A stretch of 62,399 nucleotides of DNA, taken from assembly GCF_000743755.1 (NCBI RefSeq), contig NW_014569521.1:1-62399 (forward strand), written 5' to 3'. Shown here piece after piece: positions 51,630 to 62,399 of the stretch; within the stretch, counting starts at the first letter, position 1, and the number at the start of each line of letters is the position of its first letter. Origin of the DNA: Blastocystis sp. subtype 4 (lineage: Eukaryota). Position numbers and translations under genes: made by a program. The notes beneath the pieces were generated by a model. It saw only the letters and a program-made list of their open reading frames with translations. It was not told the origin of the DNA and ran no database searches.

Positions 51630-52251
51630 ATGAACAGCGAGGACATTATCAAAGCACAAAGTGCTATGTGTAATGAGATGTACAGGATCTTCTCGACACT
51701 CATTGCTGAATTAACCGATGTATGTGTGCGTTCACAGATGGATCTTGATGAATATAAGCAATCTCTGCCAAATTTAGCGATTCCGAATACAGTATATTGT
51801 GTTATATGGGTGTAATGAAGTTAGTTGATCGAGGAGTTTGAAGAGAAACGAAAAAGTGTTCTTTTCAGTCTCATACAAAAGACGGAAAAAGCTGCTTCTC
51901 TCTTTCCTATAATCGATTATGTTGATGTACTTCTTTTGAGTGGTTGCAAGTTTTAGGAAGCGTTGAAAGAAATTGAAGACTCGGTAAACCAATTGGAGAA
52001 GCAATGTGATAGTGTTGTAACTGCTTGTCAAGACCGCAGGCCAAAGAAGAGTATGTCTCTATTTGTAGGAATAGAAGAATATGATAAGATGTAGAATAAG
52101 AAGACGCAAACTGGAACTGATGTACCTCCTCCTACTTGGAGTCATCCTGATTATATATTTAATGTGGATTCCATGATTACAAAGTTAAAACAAATCAAAG
52201 ATGTGAGTGATGCTTCAATGCAGCGTCATATTCAAGAAGCTACTATCAATT
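51630..52251 (+). CDS. Hypothetical helical protein, multi-exon
   Basis: ATG at 51630, GT-AG introns of about 30 nt, in-frame T 4 nt before TGTTTCAT. Confidence 0.5.
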
Positions 52252-52278
52252 TCCCTGTTTCATCCAACAAACAATATT

Positions 52279-53892
52279 TTACACCATGCTAAGCGAACTT
52301 AACGATTCCATATCTGAAAGTGATAATGAGGATGAATCCTCCATCTAAGGGTAAGAAGTTATCGATATTCTTACAGTAGAAACAGTCTGATTCATTTGTA
52401 AGAGTCTCTTCACCTCAGCAATGAGATTGGTTCCATTCATGCCTCCTTCCATCCATGCTAAGAACTTTGCTTGTTGGAGAGGCGACAGTACATCCAGGAT
52501 GCCTCGCATCTGTTGTTGCATTGACTCCATATTACTTGTAACCTACAATAGCATCACCATCACAAATTAAACCTTATTCTGTACTGCATCCACAATATCC
52601 ATCACAGATGCTATATTCTCTTGTTGACGCAATACTCCACTCCGACTATGAATAATACCTTGCTTCTGTTCTGGTGTTAACTATCTAATATTCCATCTTA
52701 TTTTCCTACTTGTAAAACAGATGACAGAATATTCCAGATTCCTCCTCCGTATTTCATTTCATTCAATTTCTCATCATAAAATTCATCTTCCTGGTTCATT
52801 GACCACAAACATAACTTTGTCATCTAATTCTCAGCACACAACTATAAAACCACTTGAGTGGGAAGAAGAAGCATTTTCAATTGTTCTAAATGGATTTGGG
52901 CTGCACTTAATCGTTCAATTCCGAATTCACTCCATCGAGAGTAATACTCATCAATTTCCTTTGAAATCGCTTCTTCATCCTTCTTTTCCATCAGCTCTCT
53001 CATTCGTTTCAAAAACTTCACTCTCACCTGATTTCTCTCTTCACTTTCAGCTGTTTCACTACTTACACTCTCCAAACGCTGACGCAAACGACTATTTTCC
53101 TCACGAAGTGTTTGAATCTGCAACTAAATGGATTCCAACTAGCTCACCTCATCTAAGATTGCTTCTTTCTTCTCTTTCTTGCGTTTACGACAATTCTTTG
53201 CAATTTCACGATTCTTTGCTAATCGTCGTTTCTTCTTTGCAACTTCTTCATCTTCATATAGATCATTATCTACAGGCGATGAAATAGTTGAACTAGAGAG
53301 TTCGCGTTTAGCAGTAAGAACGGGTTCTGGAAGTGTCATATCATCCACTAAACCGTTGGGAGCATTGTTGAAAAACGTGGAGTGTTCAAAAACACTCTGA
53401 TTGGATGGTTTGTCAGTTGGATGAAAAACGGATGTATTAGAAAAGGGAGAGGGTTCGGTCTCCAGAGCAGACGATACGGGACGTGGAAGAGATAATAAAT
53501 CCAACGAATCTTTCCTCGTACACTGACTAGGACTGATACTCTCCATATCTCAGCCTACGTTGGAGACAAAAGCGTAGATGGAATAAATGGAGATCCTACG
53601 TTCATTCCATTATTTGCGTAATCTGGAATAGCAGAAGCAGGATCGAGAGGAAGCTCTGAAATTATTGATCTCATGCATTAGTACCAGAATCTGATGTAGG
53701 AGGAAATGTTGCGCCCATCTGTGGAGTCATTCCTGGAACCAATTCGGTTGCCATCATCAGCCATGATCCAACTTCTAGGAAAGTGATAGAATCGACGAGT
53801 AGAATACCTTTTTCAAATAAATTCGGTCCTTTTGCTCCATCTCGCCCTGCCATATATGACAACATCGAGTCAAGAGGTGAGGAAGAAGCCAT
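52279..53892 (-). CDS. bZIP transcription factor
   Basis: KKKRRLAKNREIAKNCRKRKK basic region plus IQTLREENSRLRQRL zipper; C-terminal VLSPLQQAKFLAW. Confidence 0.88.
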
Positions 53893-54069
53893 CTCTCGTC
53901 TCAATATAATTACCAAAATAGGCAAGAAAATGAATAGACGACGTCACGAAAAGTGAAACTGCGTCTGTGCCGCAAAAGACGACAATTCGTTTCTCACCGA
54001 ATTCTTTGAATAAAAGGTAGATTAATGATTGAAACTTGTTTATGTTAATGAAACAACGAATCGGTGACC

Positions 54070-55453
54070 TTATGTGATAGTTTTGTTGCTCGCAATCTCA
54101 ATATTCTCTCCGTACACATATTTCCTTCGGTACTTCTCTTCTTCCTTCAATAAATTCCCATCCTGGAAGAACCCAGGAGTATGACGAAGCAAAACTCTTT
54201 CGATTCCTTTGTAAATGTCCAATATATCACCTCTACGAATTATTAGCAACAGTAAAATATACCCCTTCTCCACATAGTCAATAATGGCTTCAGTATTAAA
54301 CGAAATCGCAGGCAACTAATGATAACAAATGCAAAGTAGTCACACTCCAGATGTAATGAATTTGTGTTCAACAGGAATACCATATTCTTCGAGACTTTCA
54401 AGGAGTTCTCGTAACCGAGCAGCTTCTTGAGGGACTAAAAAGGATGCACTAACACAGCTCTATTAATAATGTTTAGATAATGACCTCACTTGATCCATTC
54501 CCTGAGGAATCGGTGGTAACAAGAGTTTCACCTTGTTTACAATCCTGGCCTTCGTTTCCTCATATTGATAAACGATGTTTCTCCATGACCCATCTTTCAT
54601 CGCTTCATTATACTTACCTTGAACCTTCGTCATGGTTTCGAGATTCATATGGCTATTGTAAATAGAGCTAAGGAAACCAGAAGGATTGACATCTGCCTCA
54701 GCCATGATAGCAGGTTTGTGAGCAATCATGAAACTGAAGGATGGTTGAACACCAAGAATATGGGTATCATGGATCTAGAAGTGATACCCAATATCAAATC
54801 TTACAGAATAATCGATAATGTCATCCGTCGTAGGCATTGGATGAAGCAAAAAACCATTTCGATTATCAACACATACTGAAATGTCACTTCGAACTTTACG
54901 GACCTTCTTCATGATCTGACGAAGAGGAGTGATAGAACCAGTGAATGACTCGGTATGGACAAAGAGGGCATGAGTAGCCTCGTGATGGTACAAAATATCT
55001 TGTGCAGCTTCATCAACATCAATAGGATAAAGCATCGAATGGTACATCCATCTACAAGTTAATTTTCCATCAAACTAATACAGTGTATAAATACCCATCG
55101 AGTGTGCCTTCTTAGCAATTCGATCACCATCAAAACCGTTCGAGATTACGAGTAGTTGATCATCTTTTTTGATTCTAGTGTTATGAGTCATCTACTATTT
55201 TGTACGTTTGGAGATATCCATATAGAAGACTTTCACTTGTAGCTGATACTAAGGATACATAATACTTCCAATTCTCTTCCTCTAAAACGGTGTTAAGCAT
55301 ATTCTCTAACAATAAAAGGAACGCAACAAAAGAACGCTTGAAAACGACATCATTTGCAGCAGCAAAACCACGAACGAGTGTTCCTAATCCTTTTTGGAAA
55401 CAATGGGATAAAGACAACATAAATGCCCCCTCGTTCAACGAAATGAATGCCAT
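54070..55453 (-). CDS. Class-V aminotransferase fold protein (PhnW/AEP-transaminase-like), organelle-targeted, probably inactive
   Basis: LLVISNGFDGDRI, THALFVHTESFTGSITPL, VCVD and IDYS-IHDTHILGVQPSFSF; presequence-like MLSLSHCFQKGLGTLVRGFA. Confidence 0.7.
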
Positions 55454-55487
55454 AAAGACCTTTCTCCATTCTTCTTTTCTTTTCTAA

Positions 55488-56395
55488 ATGTCTGATCGAG
55501 GCAATGTGCACATTGTGGAAGACCCCAGATATAAGAAGATGAAGATCATTTGCATTCTTGAGGGAGCATCTCTAGAGACTGTTAAAACGAAGAAAGTAAG
55601 TATCTGAGGTATGTGATTAAGAATAAGGGATTCTCTCTTCTCAATTCCGATGACCATCCTACACTTCTAAAGAGAATGAATCAGGATCCTGTGAATGCTC
55701 GACCTGATATTTGTCATCAGGTTTTTTTCTTTGGATTTGTTGTGAGAGTAGAGTTTGCTTGCACTTCTAGATAGTCCATTGAATAAAGCAGGACATCTTC
55801 AGGTATTCGATTTTGCTTTTATTGGGAACTTTAGGTGTATGTTCATACAGCCAAGAATGTGCTTATCGAGATCAATTCGAATATTCGTATTCCTCGAACG
55901 TACAAACGATTTGCAGGACTTATGGGTTGCACTTATTGTTTATATTGATGGATAGTTCAACTCCTTCATAAGGAAAAAGTGCGAAGTTCGGAAGGAGATG
56001 AAATCTTGATGAAGGTCATTCAAGGTAGTGTTACATCTATCATTCCTGCAGATTCACGCCGTTTCGGTAGATATTGGAAGTTCTCTGAATGGATAGCAAC
56101 ATCGGTTACAGGTCGACAAGTGGATCCGTTGGAGTTCGCTCAGGTATTAAGCAATTGTGATGATAAAGAGATCCATTCGGATACAATTGTCATCAGTTTT
56201 GGTTGCTTTGCCTCAGGCCATTCCATTCCCTCTTATGTATGATTTTGTGGATTGAGTTATTGTTAGACTGAAGAAACGATTTCTGTATCGGATTATCCTG
56301 TACCTGTTCGAGAGCTGACTGATTCATAGTTGAGTACTCCAGTTACCATTAGCAAGTTACTGAATGCTTTTGAACACACTTGGGGTATATTATAA
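55488..56395 (+). CDS. EMG1: 18S rRNA pseudouridine N1-methyltransferase Nep1
   Basis: [33 protein letters not shown] and [13 protein letters not shown]. Confidence 0.95.
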
Positions 56396-56463
56396 GTTAT
56401 TTAGTTTCCTGATGGTCATTCTTTGTTTGTCGAACTACACTAGTGAGGAGATTACTCACAACG

Positions 56464-58163
56464 ATGAAATCTCTTCCTGTAGTAGTTGTATTCATCCTTC
56501 TTTTCGTTGAAAGCTGTTGATATCGTGAATGATGGGCTTTATGGAATAGATTCCAGTTTATCCTTTGGAACTACTTATCCAAAGTATATTGGAATGATAG
56601 ATGCAGGAAGGTAGGTACATTCCTTGCTGTTGTTTCTCATCCTATTGTAGTACTGGAAGTCGATATTATTTGTTTCGGACAGACCGTAATGAGAACAATG
56701 AAATCGAACGGATGGTGGAAGTCTATTCTGATGAATGCCAACCTGGAATCAAGTAAGAGACATGGAACGAAGTGATTTGTTCTAGTTCCTATGTAAACAA
56801 ACTTGACAAAGTATGGAAGCCTCTTTACCGCATGATTTCAGGTTCCGAAAGACTTTTGCATTCTTCCTCATCGTAGGACTTTGGTAATTGCGTCAATGTA
56901 CAGTGTTCCGTTATTTATCTTTGCAACTGCTGGAATGCGCGTTTTGAGCGAGAGTAATCAGAGAGCCATCTATGATGCGATTTATGATGGATACCGACAC
57001 TCAAATTTACGTTTCTATCTGAGTCGTGACAATCTTCAGACAATTGATGGAGAGTTGGAGGCTGTGTATGGATGGCTTACTGTGAATGTTCTCAAATCGC
57101 GAATCACTCCATCATTGAAGTATACAACAGAACCAACTATTGGTTCGTTGGATTTAGGAGGTGAAAGTACCCAGATTGCATATCAATACAGAAGTCAACG
57201 AGAAGGAGAGTCGGTGGATATTCAACATGATCTGTTCTCAAAATCCTTTCTTTCTTTTGGGGCCAAGGAAGCCCAGTTTCGTTTTGAAAACTATATTTTG
57301 AGTAACAGAGAAGCATTTCGTGACGAGAATGACAATCGACAGAATCGATTGCATGTTCCCAATCCTTGTAACAATGTTGGCGTTATTGGAGATTCTAAAG
57401 TGTATGAAGGACTGTATCATGAAGGGACAGGGAATGTTGCATTTGGACTCGAGTATTATGTCTAGTTGGATCGATGTGAAGCAATTCTTACACAACTGAT
57501 TCGAGGAGATACGGAATGTACAGATACAGTTCATTCAAGTAACAGTACAAGAATGATGTTATTGTAGAATGTTCGTTGTGGTCTCTGAAGATTCCATCTA
57601 TGGAAGGAGATTTTGTGGGGATGTCCTTATACTTCTTCGTGGTTGATTTTGTGAAAAGCATCTATCAGTTGGGTGACCAAGTACACCCTTCCATTGATGA
57701 TCTAAAGACATTGGGTCGATCATTCTGTTCAATGAATTGGACGTAGGAAAAGGAAGGTGAATTCATGGTTAGTGTAGTGTTAGCTCAGTTTTCTGGAAAA
57801 CACAAATACACTAACGATGAAGTATTAAAACAACGTTGTTTTCAAGTGTTTCCTGGTTCAGTAGGTCATCTGTAGCTCTCATATGTGATTACTCTTCTGG
57901 AACATGGATTCCGCTTCTTGGAGACATATGAGTCGAGTTCTTCGCAACCATCTTATAACATTATGTTCCTACGTCATATCAACGGAGAAAGTGTGGATTG
58001 GACCTACGGAGCGGCTTTGTATGAAGGAAAGAATCCAATACCAAAACAGGTGAGTGGTTTTCTTCTTTTTGTTGTCTTGGCTGTTCTTTTGTTTTTCGTT
58101 CTTTTATTAATCTTTTCAAATCGGAATGTGGTCGTGCGATACAAGAAGTTGCCGATTATCTGA
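56464..58163 (+). CDS. GDA1/CD39-family nucleoside triphosphate diphosphohydrolase
   Basis: Apyrase conserved regions IDAGS.GSR, ATAGMR, GELEAVYGW, DLGGESTQ and WTYG; N-terminal hydrophobic leader and C-terminal TM. Confidence 0.92.
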
Positions 58164-58243
58164 AGTTATCCTGTTTGTTGAAGAATCGCGGTTTTCCGAC
58201 TAGAGGTTTTTCTTCCATCTCCTTAATACCACCGCTGGAAGTG

Positions 58244-58542
58244 ATGTCATCCCCAAATTTTGTTCACCCCTCTACCTATAGAGATGAAAATGGGAATATT
58301 GCCCCCGAGAATCGTGAAGCCTGGATGAAGGCCATGGAGGAGATGTCGAAGGACCGATTTGTTGAGATTGAGAAGCTTGAACTTCTGAGACAGAAGGTAT
58401 CGCAGTGTTTCAAGAAGGAAGGTACTTTTCTACTGGTTTGGGTTTTGATCGAATAGGAGTCAATTTCCAGGATAACTGCAAGGAGGAAGTGGAGACATAC
58501 ATTCAGTATATGAAGGACAAGCATTTCTACAGAGATCATTAA
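58244..58542 (+). CDS. NDUFB10: Complex I accessory subunit NDUFB10-like
   Basis: Spliced DRFVEIEKLELLRQKVSQCFKKEGVNFQDNCKEEVETY matches the C...EGVN...C signature. Confidence 0.75.
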
Positions 58543-58625
58543 TTGTCACGCTCATTTTCTTTGTGTTCTTTGTTCTTAGTAAACAGGTCTTACAGGTTAT
58601 GGAACAAACAGGCCAAGAGAGACAT

Positions 58626-59126
58626 TTAACAAATACCACAACATTTCTTTTTTGGCGTGCAGGATCCAACCATAGTGTCACAGAATATACTTTCACTTTC
58701 GTTACTCTCCTCTAGCTGTTCACATCAAGAGACACCCGTACCATAGTTACTGTCATTACTTAGTGCAACAATCCTAATCTCAAACGTTGCTGTAGGATAG
58801 AGTTCTTCAATCACAGCTGTTGTTGAACCACTATCGACAACTACGAAATCAATTCGTTAGTCCACAGTTACTTGTACTACTGCAGTCACTCCATGCCTTC
58901 TGAAGAACATCTTTACACAGAATCATATAACCACTAGCGTCTACGAATTAAAATCCCTCATAGAACTAGAACGATTTACAGGATTCCAAGATATGGTGAT
59001 AGTGTTTTCGGTTGCTTCAACATAACTTAAACCAGTCGGTGCATCTAATTTGACTACCTCCACTTTCGTTGATTTGTCTGTTGAAGCCATTGGATGTGAT
59101 TTGACAAAGGGGTTGCTTTGCGCCAT
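58626..59126 (-). CDS. Small fibronectin type III domain protein with Cys-rich basic C-terminus
   Basis: LDAPTGL..TENTITISWNPV, GYMI and IEELYPTATFEIRIVA; predicted end PKKKCCGIC*. Confidence 0.72.
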
Positions 59127-59167
59127 TGCGCCATAAACAATCTCCTTCAATTTGCTGATAGCGAAGG

Positions 59168-60693
59168 ATGAATAAATCCCTTCGTGTAGGAATAACAGCA
59201 ATATGTTGTTTGGTGGTATATGTTCTTGTGGAGTGGTTGTTCGCAAAGCGTTTTAGGAAGGCTTTGCTTTATCGTCAATGTTTGTTTTGTGTTCTAGATT
59301 CATTATAGCTATATCAGTTCCTGTGAATATGGACTGTGTTCACATACTTCCGTTTGTTGTGGATTACAACAAGACACTAGCTCTGTTGAACGAGAAGAAG
59401 GAGGAGAATTCTACAGAACCGATGTATTGTACGGAGATTGATCTGTATGAGCATGTTCGCAACGAAATCCAATCCTATGAGTAATAGTATGTGATTACAA
59501 TCATTGCTAGGTTTTTTGTGTGGAGAAAGTTGGGTAATATTGAGTATGGACTTATACATTTGGTCACGGATAGGTTTGACTACATACGGTCTGCTTGTTT
59601 TAATCGAGATACCCATGTCCTTTCTATCATGCATCCTTTCGACTTTAAGGTTATTAAGAACTTCACCTACATTGGTACGTTGTACAACTGTGTTATTACG
59701 AAGATGATCCCCAGTTGAAGATTGAATCCCTTCAGGGAGGAAAGATTGTAAGGCCTTTTGTCCAGGCCTTCTATTTGATTTTGAATGGTAATGATGTTCA
59801 ACTCCGGAAGGCTGCCTCCCAGTTGTTTGGCTTTGATACCTTTTCTCTCAGTGCTAATGATTTTGTTACCTATCATCAGCTTTTATGGTTCATGACAGCT
59901 ATTCTCCCGTACGAGAAGTCTCGGATTTTCGGCAGAGTATGTCATCATTTTTGACTTCTTCTGTAGCCTTATGTCATTCTTACGGATCGACCTGATCTTG
60001 TTTTACCATCAACGTTTCATTTTTTGAATACATTGCTACCAGTATTGAACAAGAACTTCCAGAGTCGTACAGTAACCTATTCTTATTTTGAAAACCAGCG
60101 GACGGTGTGTTCCCGCAATGGTGTACGATGTCGTTAGTAGCATTGAGTATAGGCGCTCTTAGGTTTCCCATTATCGTTTCGAGTTACTCAACAAACGTGG
60201 TATTCATTCCGAACACTTCGTCTTCATGTTTACCACAAATTGGGGATTTCTCCCTGTTATGATAAAATCAATCGAACACGTATCTCTATCTCCTATACAG
60301 GTAAAGAGATGCTTTCTGCATCGATTCCCAACGTTATGGGAAAACTACAGCGTATGCAAGAAGAATACCCTGTGGATGTAACCTTATATAACACTCGTAT
60401 GACAAAGTTGACGAGTCTGGTGAACATATTACAACAAACAGATATCTTAGTAATTGATGTTTCCGATATATTATTGAATATGATCTTTCTAAGAACCTAT
60501 TCTGTGATTATTGTGATAGATGACCAATGTGAAAGACAAGAAGCGTTTCATCGGGCATATAGAAAATTGAGTCAAGAATTGACATTGCAGTATGTCGTAG
60601 TTACAAACCAAAATGTCAGTCTCCTAGTTCATGGATATGATTCTTTCATTCGTCCCTATCTTAGTTTTATCAGTAACAAATATGCTGTAGATT
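59168..60693 (+). CDS. Type II membrane protein, GT61-like glycosyltransferase
   Basis: N-terminal anchor; C-terminal LVNILQQTDILVID..LLNMIFLRTYSVIIVI resembles the GT61 block; stop predicted at T60693. Confidence 0.5.
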
Positions 60694-60700
60694 GCAATGT

Positions 60701-62207
60701 TTATTCAATACCAATTTCACTATCTAGAGGAATATCGTAACGATGACTGATCATCTTCAGAATGCCCTTTTGCATACTATTACACTTTGTAGGCTCATGA
60801 CAATCACGATGGAAACTGGTCATTGTAGGATACCTCTGAGCACATGCATAATGAGATGCTGAATTATGAACTAGAACAGTCAAGATGGCTTGATCTTGAC
60901 GATGATTACGACGATTTGTTCCATAAGGAGAAATGCAACGTCGTGTATATGCGCACTGTAGTAAAGGGAAGAAGATATGATGCATTGCCTTAGCATTGCG
61001 ATAATTCACAAATACATATCCTCCTGTACACATTCCCTTTCCATTATACACTTTTCGAATCATATGATGAGTTATCAGAAAGTATTGGGTTTTTGGATGT
61101 ACCCACGATTGTACGACTCCACCAGAATATGGAGAATAGAATCCATCCTCACTCATATGCCTTGTATCACGATAGATAGAATGACTCCACCTGTTTCCTC
61201 CATCTGACCAAACAACAATTCGTTTGGTTTGATTCAACACATCAAAATAAGAAACTACTTTCCACGAATAACCTCCTCGAATGCTCCTATCTGAAATATT
61301 GAACCAAGATGGGAAGTTGGCAAAATTAAATTTGCGATAATACAGTTTTGCTGTTGAATTTAGCTTTTGAAACATGAAATGCATTCGTGTCATATGTTTC
61401 GTCAAATATGCTAAACCTTCTTCTTCTAATCCAAAATCAACAAATACCATTGATAAATGACAGTTGGTATAAATCACAGAATACATCATATTCACATTAG
61501 CCAAAACATGGTTTTCAGAACTGCCAGTAACAACAATCATGTTGTCCTCACCAAAGGCATCATCTTCAATATCTCCTGTCCCTATATAAGGAGGGAGACG
61601 AGGATTTGGCTTTCCATAATCTACATAATGAGTACTTATGCTATGATAGAGTTCATTAAATGGGATTGGATATGAGATATTGTCATAATCATACTCTACA
61701 TGAGACTTGGACAAAATCAATACGATTCACAGGAAGAGTAGCAAAGTTTTGTAAGCACGATAGACAATATTGCTCACCAATAGGATCACTAGAAACGTTC
61801 CATGGAACATGATGAGGCTTGTAGTTAATTCCTCCTTCAACTATATCACTAACTGATTTAATAGTACTACTATACAGATTTGACTTCACAGAGGACATAT
61901 CTTCCTCTATACATCAGATCCACTGGCAAAACCATACGATCCTCTCTTTCTTCAGAGTTATTCCTCTTTGTAAATATTTCAGGATTATGTATAGTCTCAG
62001 AATTCATGAACATGGAAGATGATGAAGGTTGTATTAGATGGTAATCCATATTGTCTAGAAGTCACTCCAATCCGTTTCTAACACAATACCAGTTAAATGA
62101 TGAACAAAGAACGCAAAACTATCATTAGTCTGAGATGGTTGAAGATAACATGCAAGATAGAAGAAATAGACTGTTATAAGTCCACTGAATAGGTACCAAA
62201 GACTCAT
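60701..62207 (-). CDS. DUF1647-like putative glycosyltransferase
   Basis: VTGSSENH, FVDFGL, FNFANFP, YSWK, VWSD, CA....CISP and HRQDQAIL; N-terminal hydrophobic anchor inferred at 62207. Confidence 0.7.
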
Positions 62208-62399
62208 GACTTTGGTCAATTGAGAAATGAGAGTATTAATGTGTTATTACACGATTACTCTATCCTTTCAAACGTATTATGCTTAAGTTCAATTTAAATT
62301 CATAACAAACAATCCAAAGCAACCATCACCACTATTCATATGAGTTCTAAGCAGACACACCTCCTCCACACACAAGACGGCGAATGGCAAGTTGCTTTC

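Noticed and set aside
62304..62399. Probable 3' end of a minus-strand gene beyond the window
   Set aside because: Only the motif and a few codons are visible; the product cannot be called
1..62399. Transposase, reverse transcriptase, viral or rRNA sequences
   Set aside because: None recognised in any ORF or intergenic region

Overview
This is a compact, AT-rich eukaryotic nuclear region with about 38 protein-coding genes and one tRNA. Most genes are broken by very short (about 30 nt) GT-AG introns, so the supplied ORFs are mostly exon fragments. A TGTTTGTT-like motif sits at gene 3' ends. In at least eight genes an in-frame T, TA or TG lies 4 nt upstream of that motif, so the stop codon is predicted to be completed by the poly(A) tail. 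Tiny introns plus this motif match what is known of Blastocystis (inference, no search run). Recognisable genes include a papain protease, UBE2T, organellar AsnRS, RPS16, WRAP53, a Rad60/NIP45-like protein, MMACHC-like, RB-like, WDR4, MINPP-like, an amino-acid transporter, a PAK kinase, RPT6, UPF1-like, a DHHC enzyme, an FG-nucleoporin, AMPK-gamma, stomatin, SBDS-like, a bZIP factor, EMG1, an NTPDase and NDUFB10. The most unusual observations are: a BAG-domain protein whose CaaX box appears only if polyadenylation creates the stop; a fixed 15-nt bidirectional 3'-end dyad between convergent genes; an intronless Hsp70-like protein with a roughly 470-aa Pro-rich linker; a perfect 50-bp palindrome in the BAG/UPF1-like divergent promoter; a tRNA-Val with a GAC anticodon; and degenerate STT3-like and PhnW-like proteins. 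All calls come from reading and translating by eye, so exon boundaries and some start codons are approximate.
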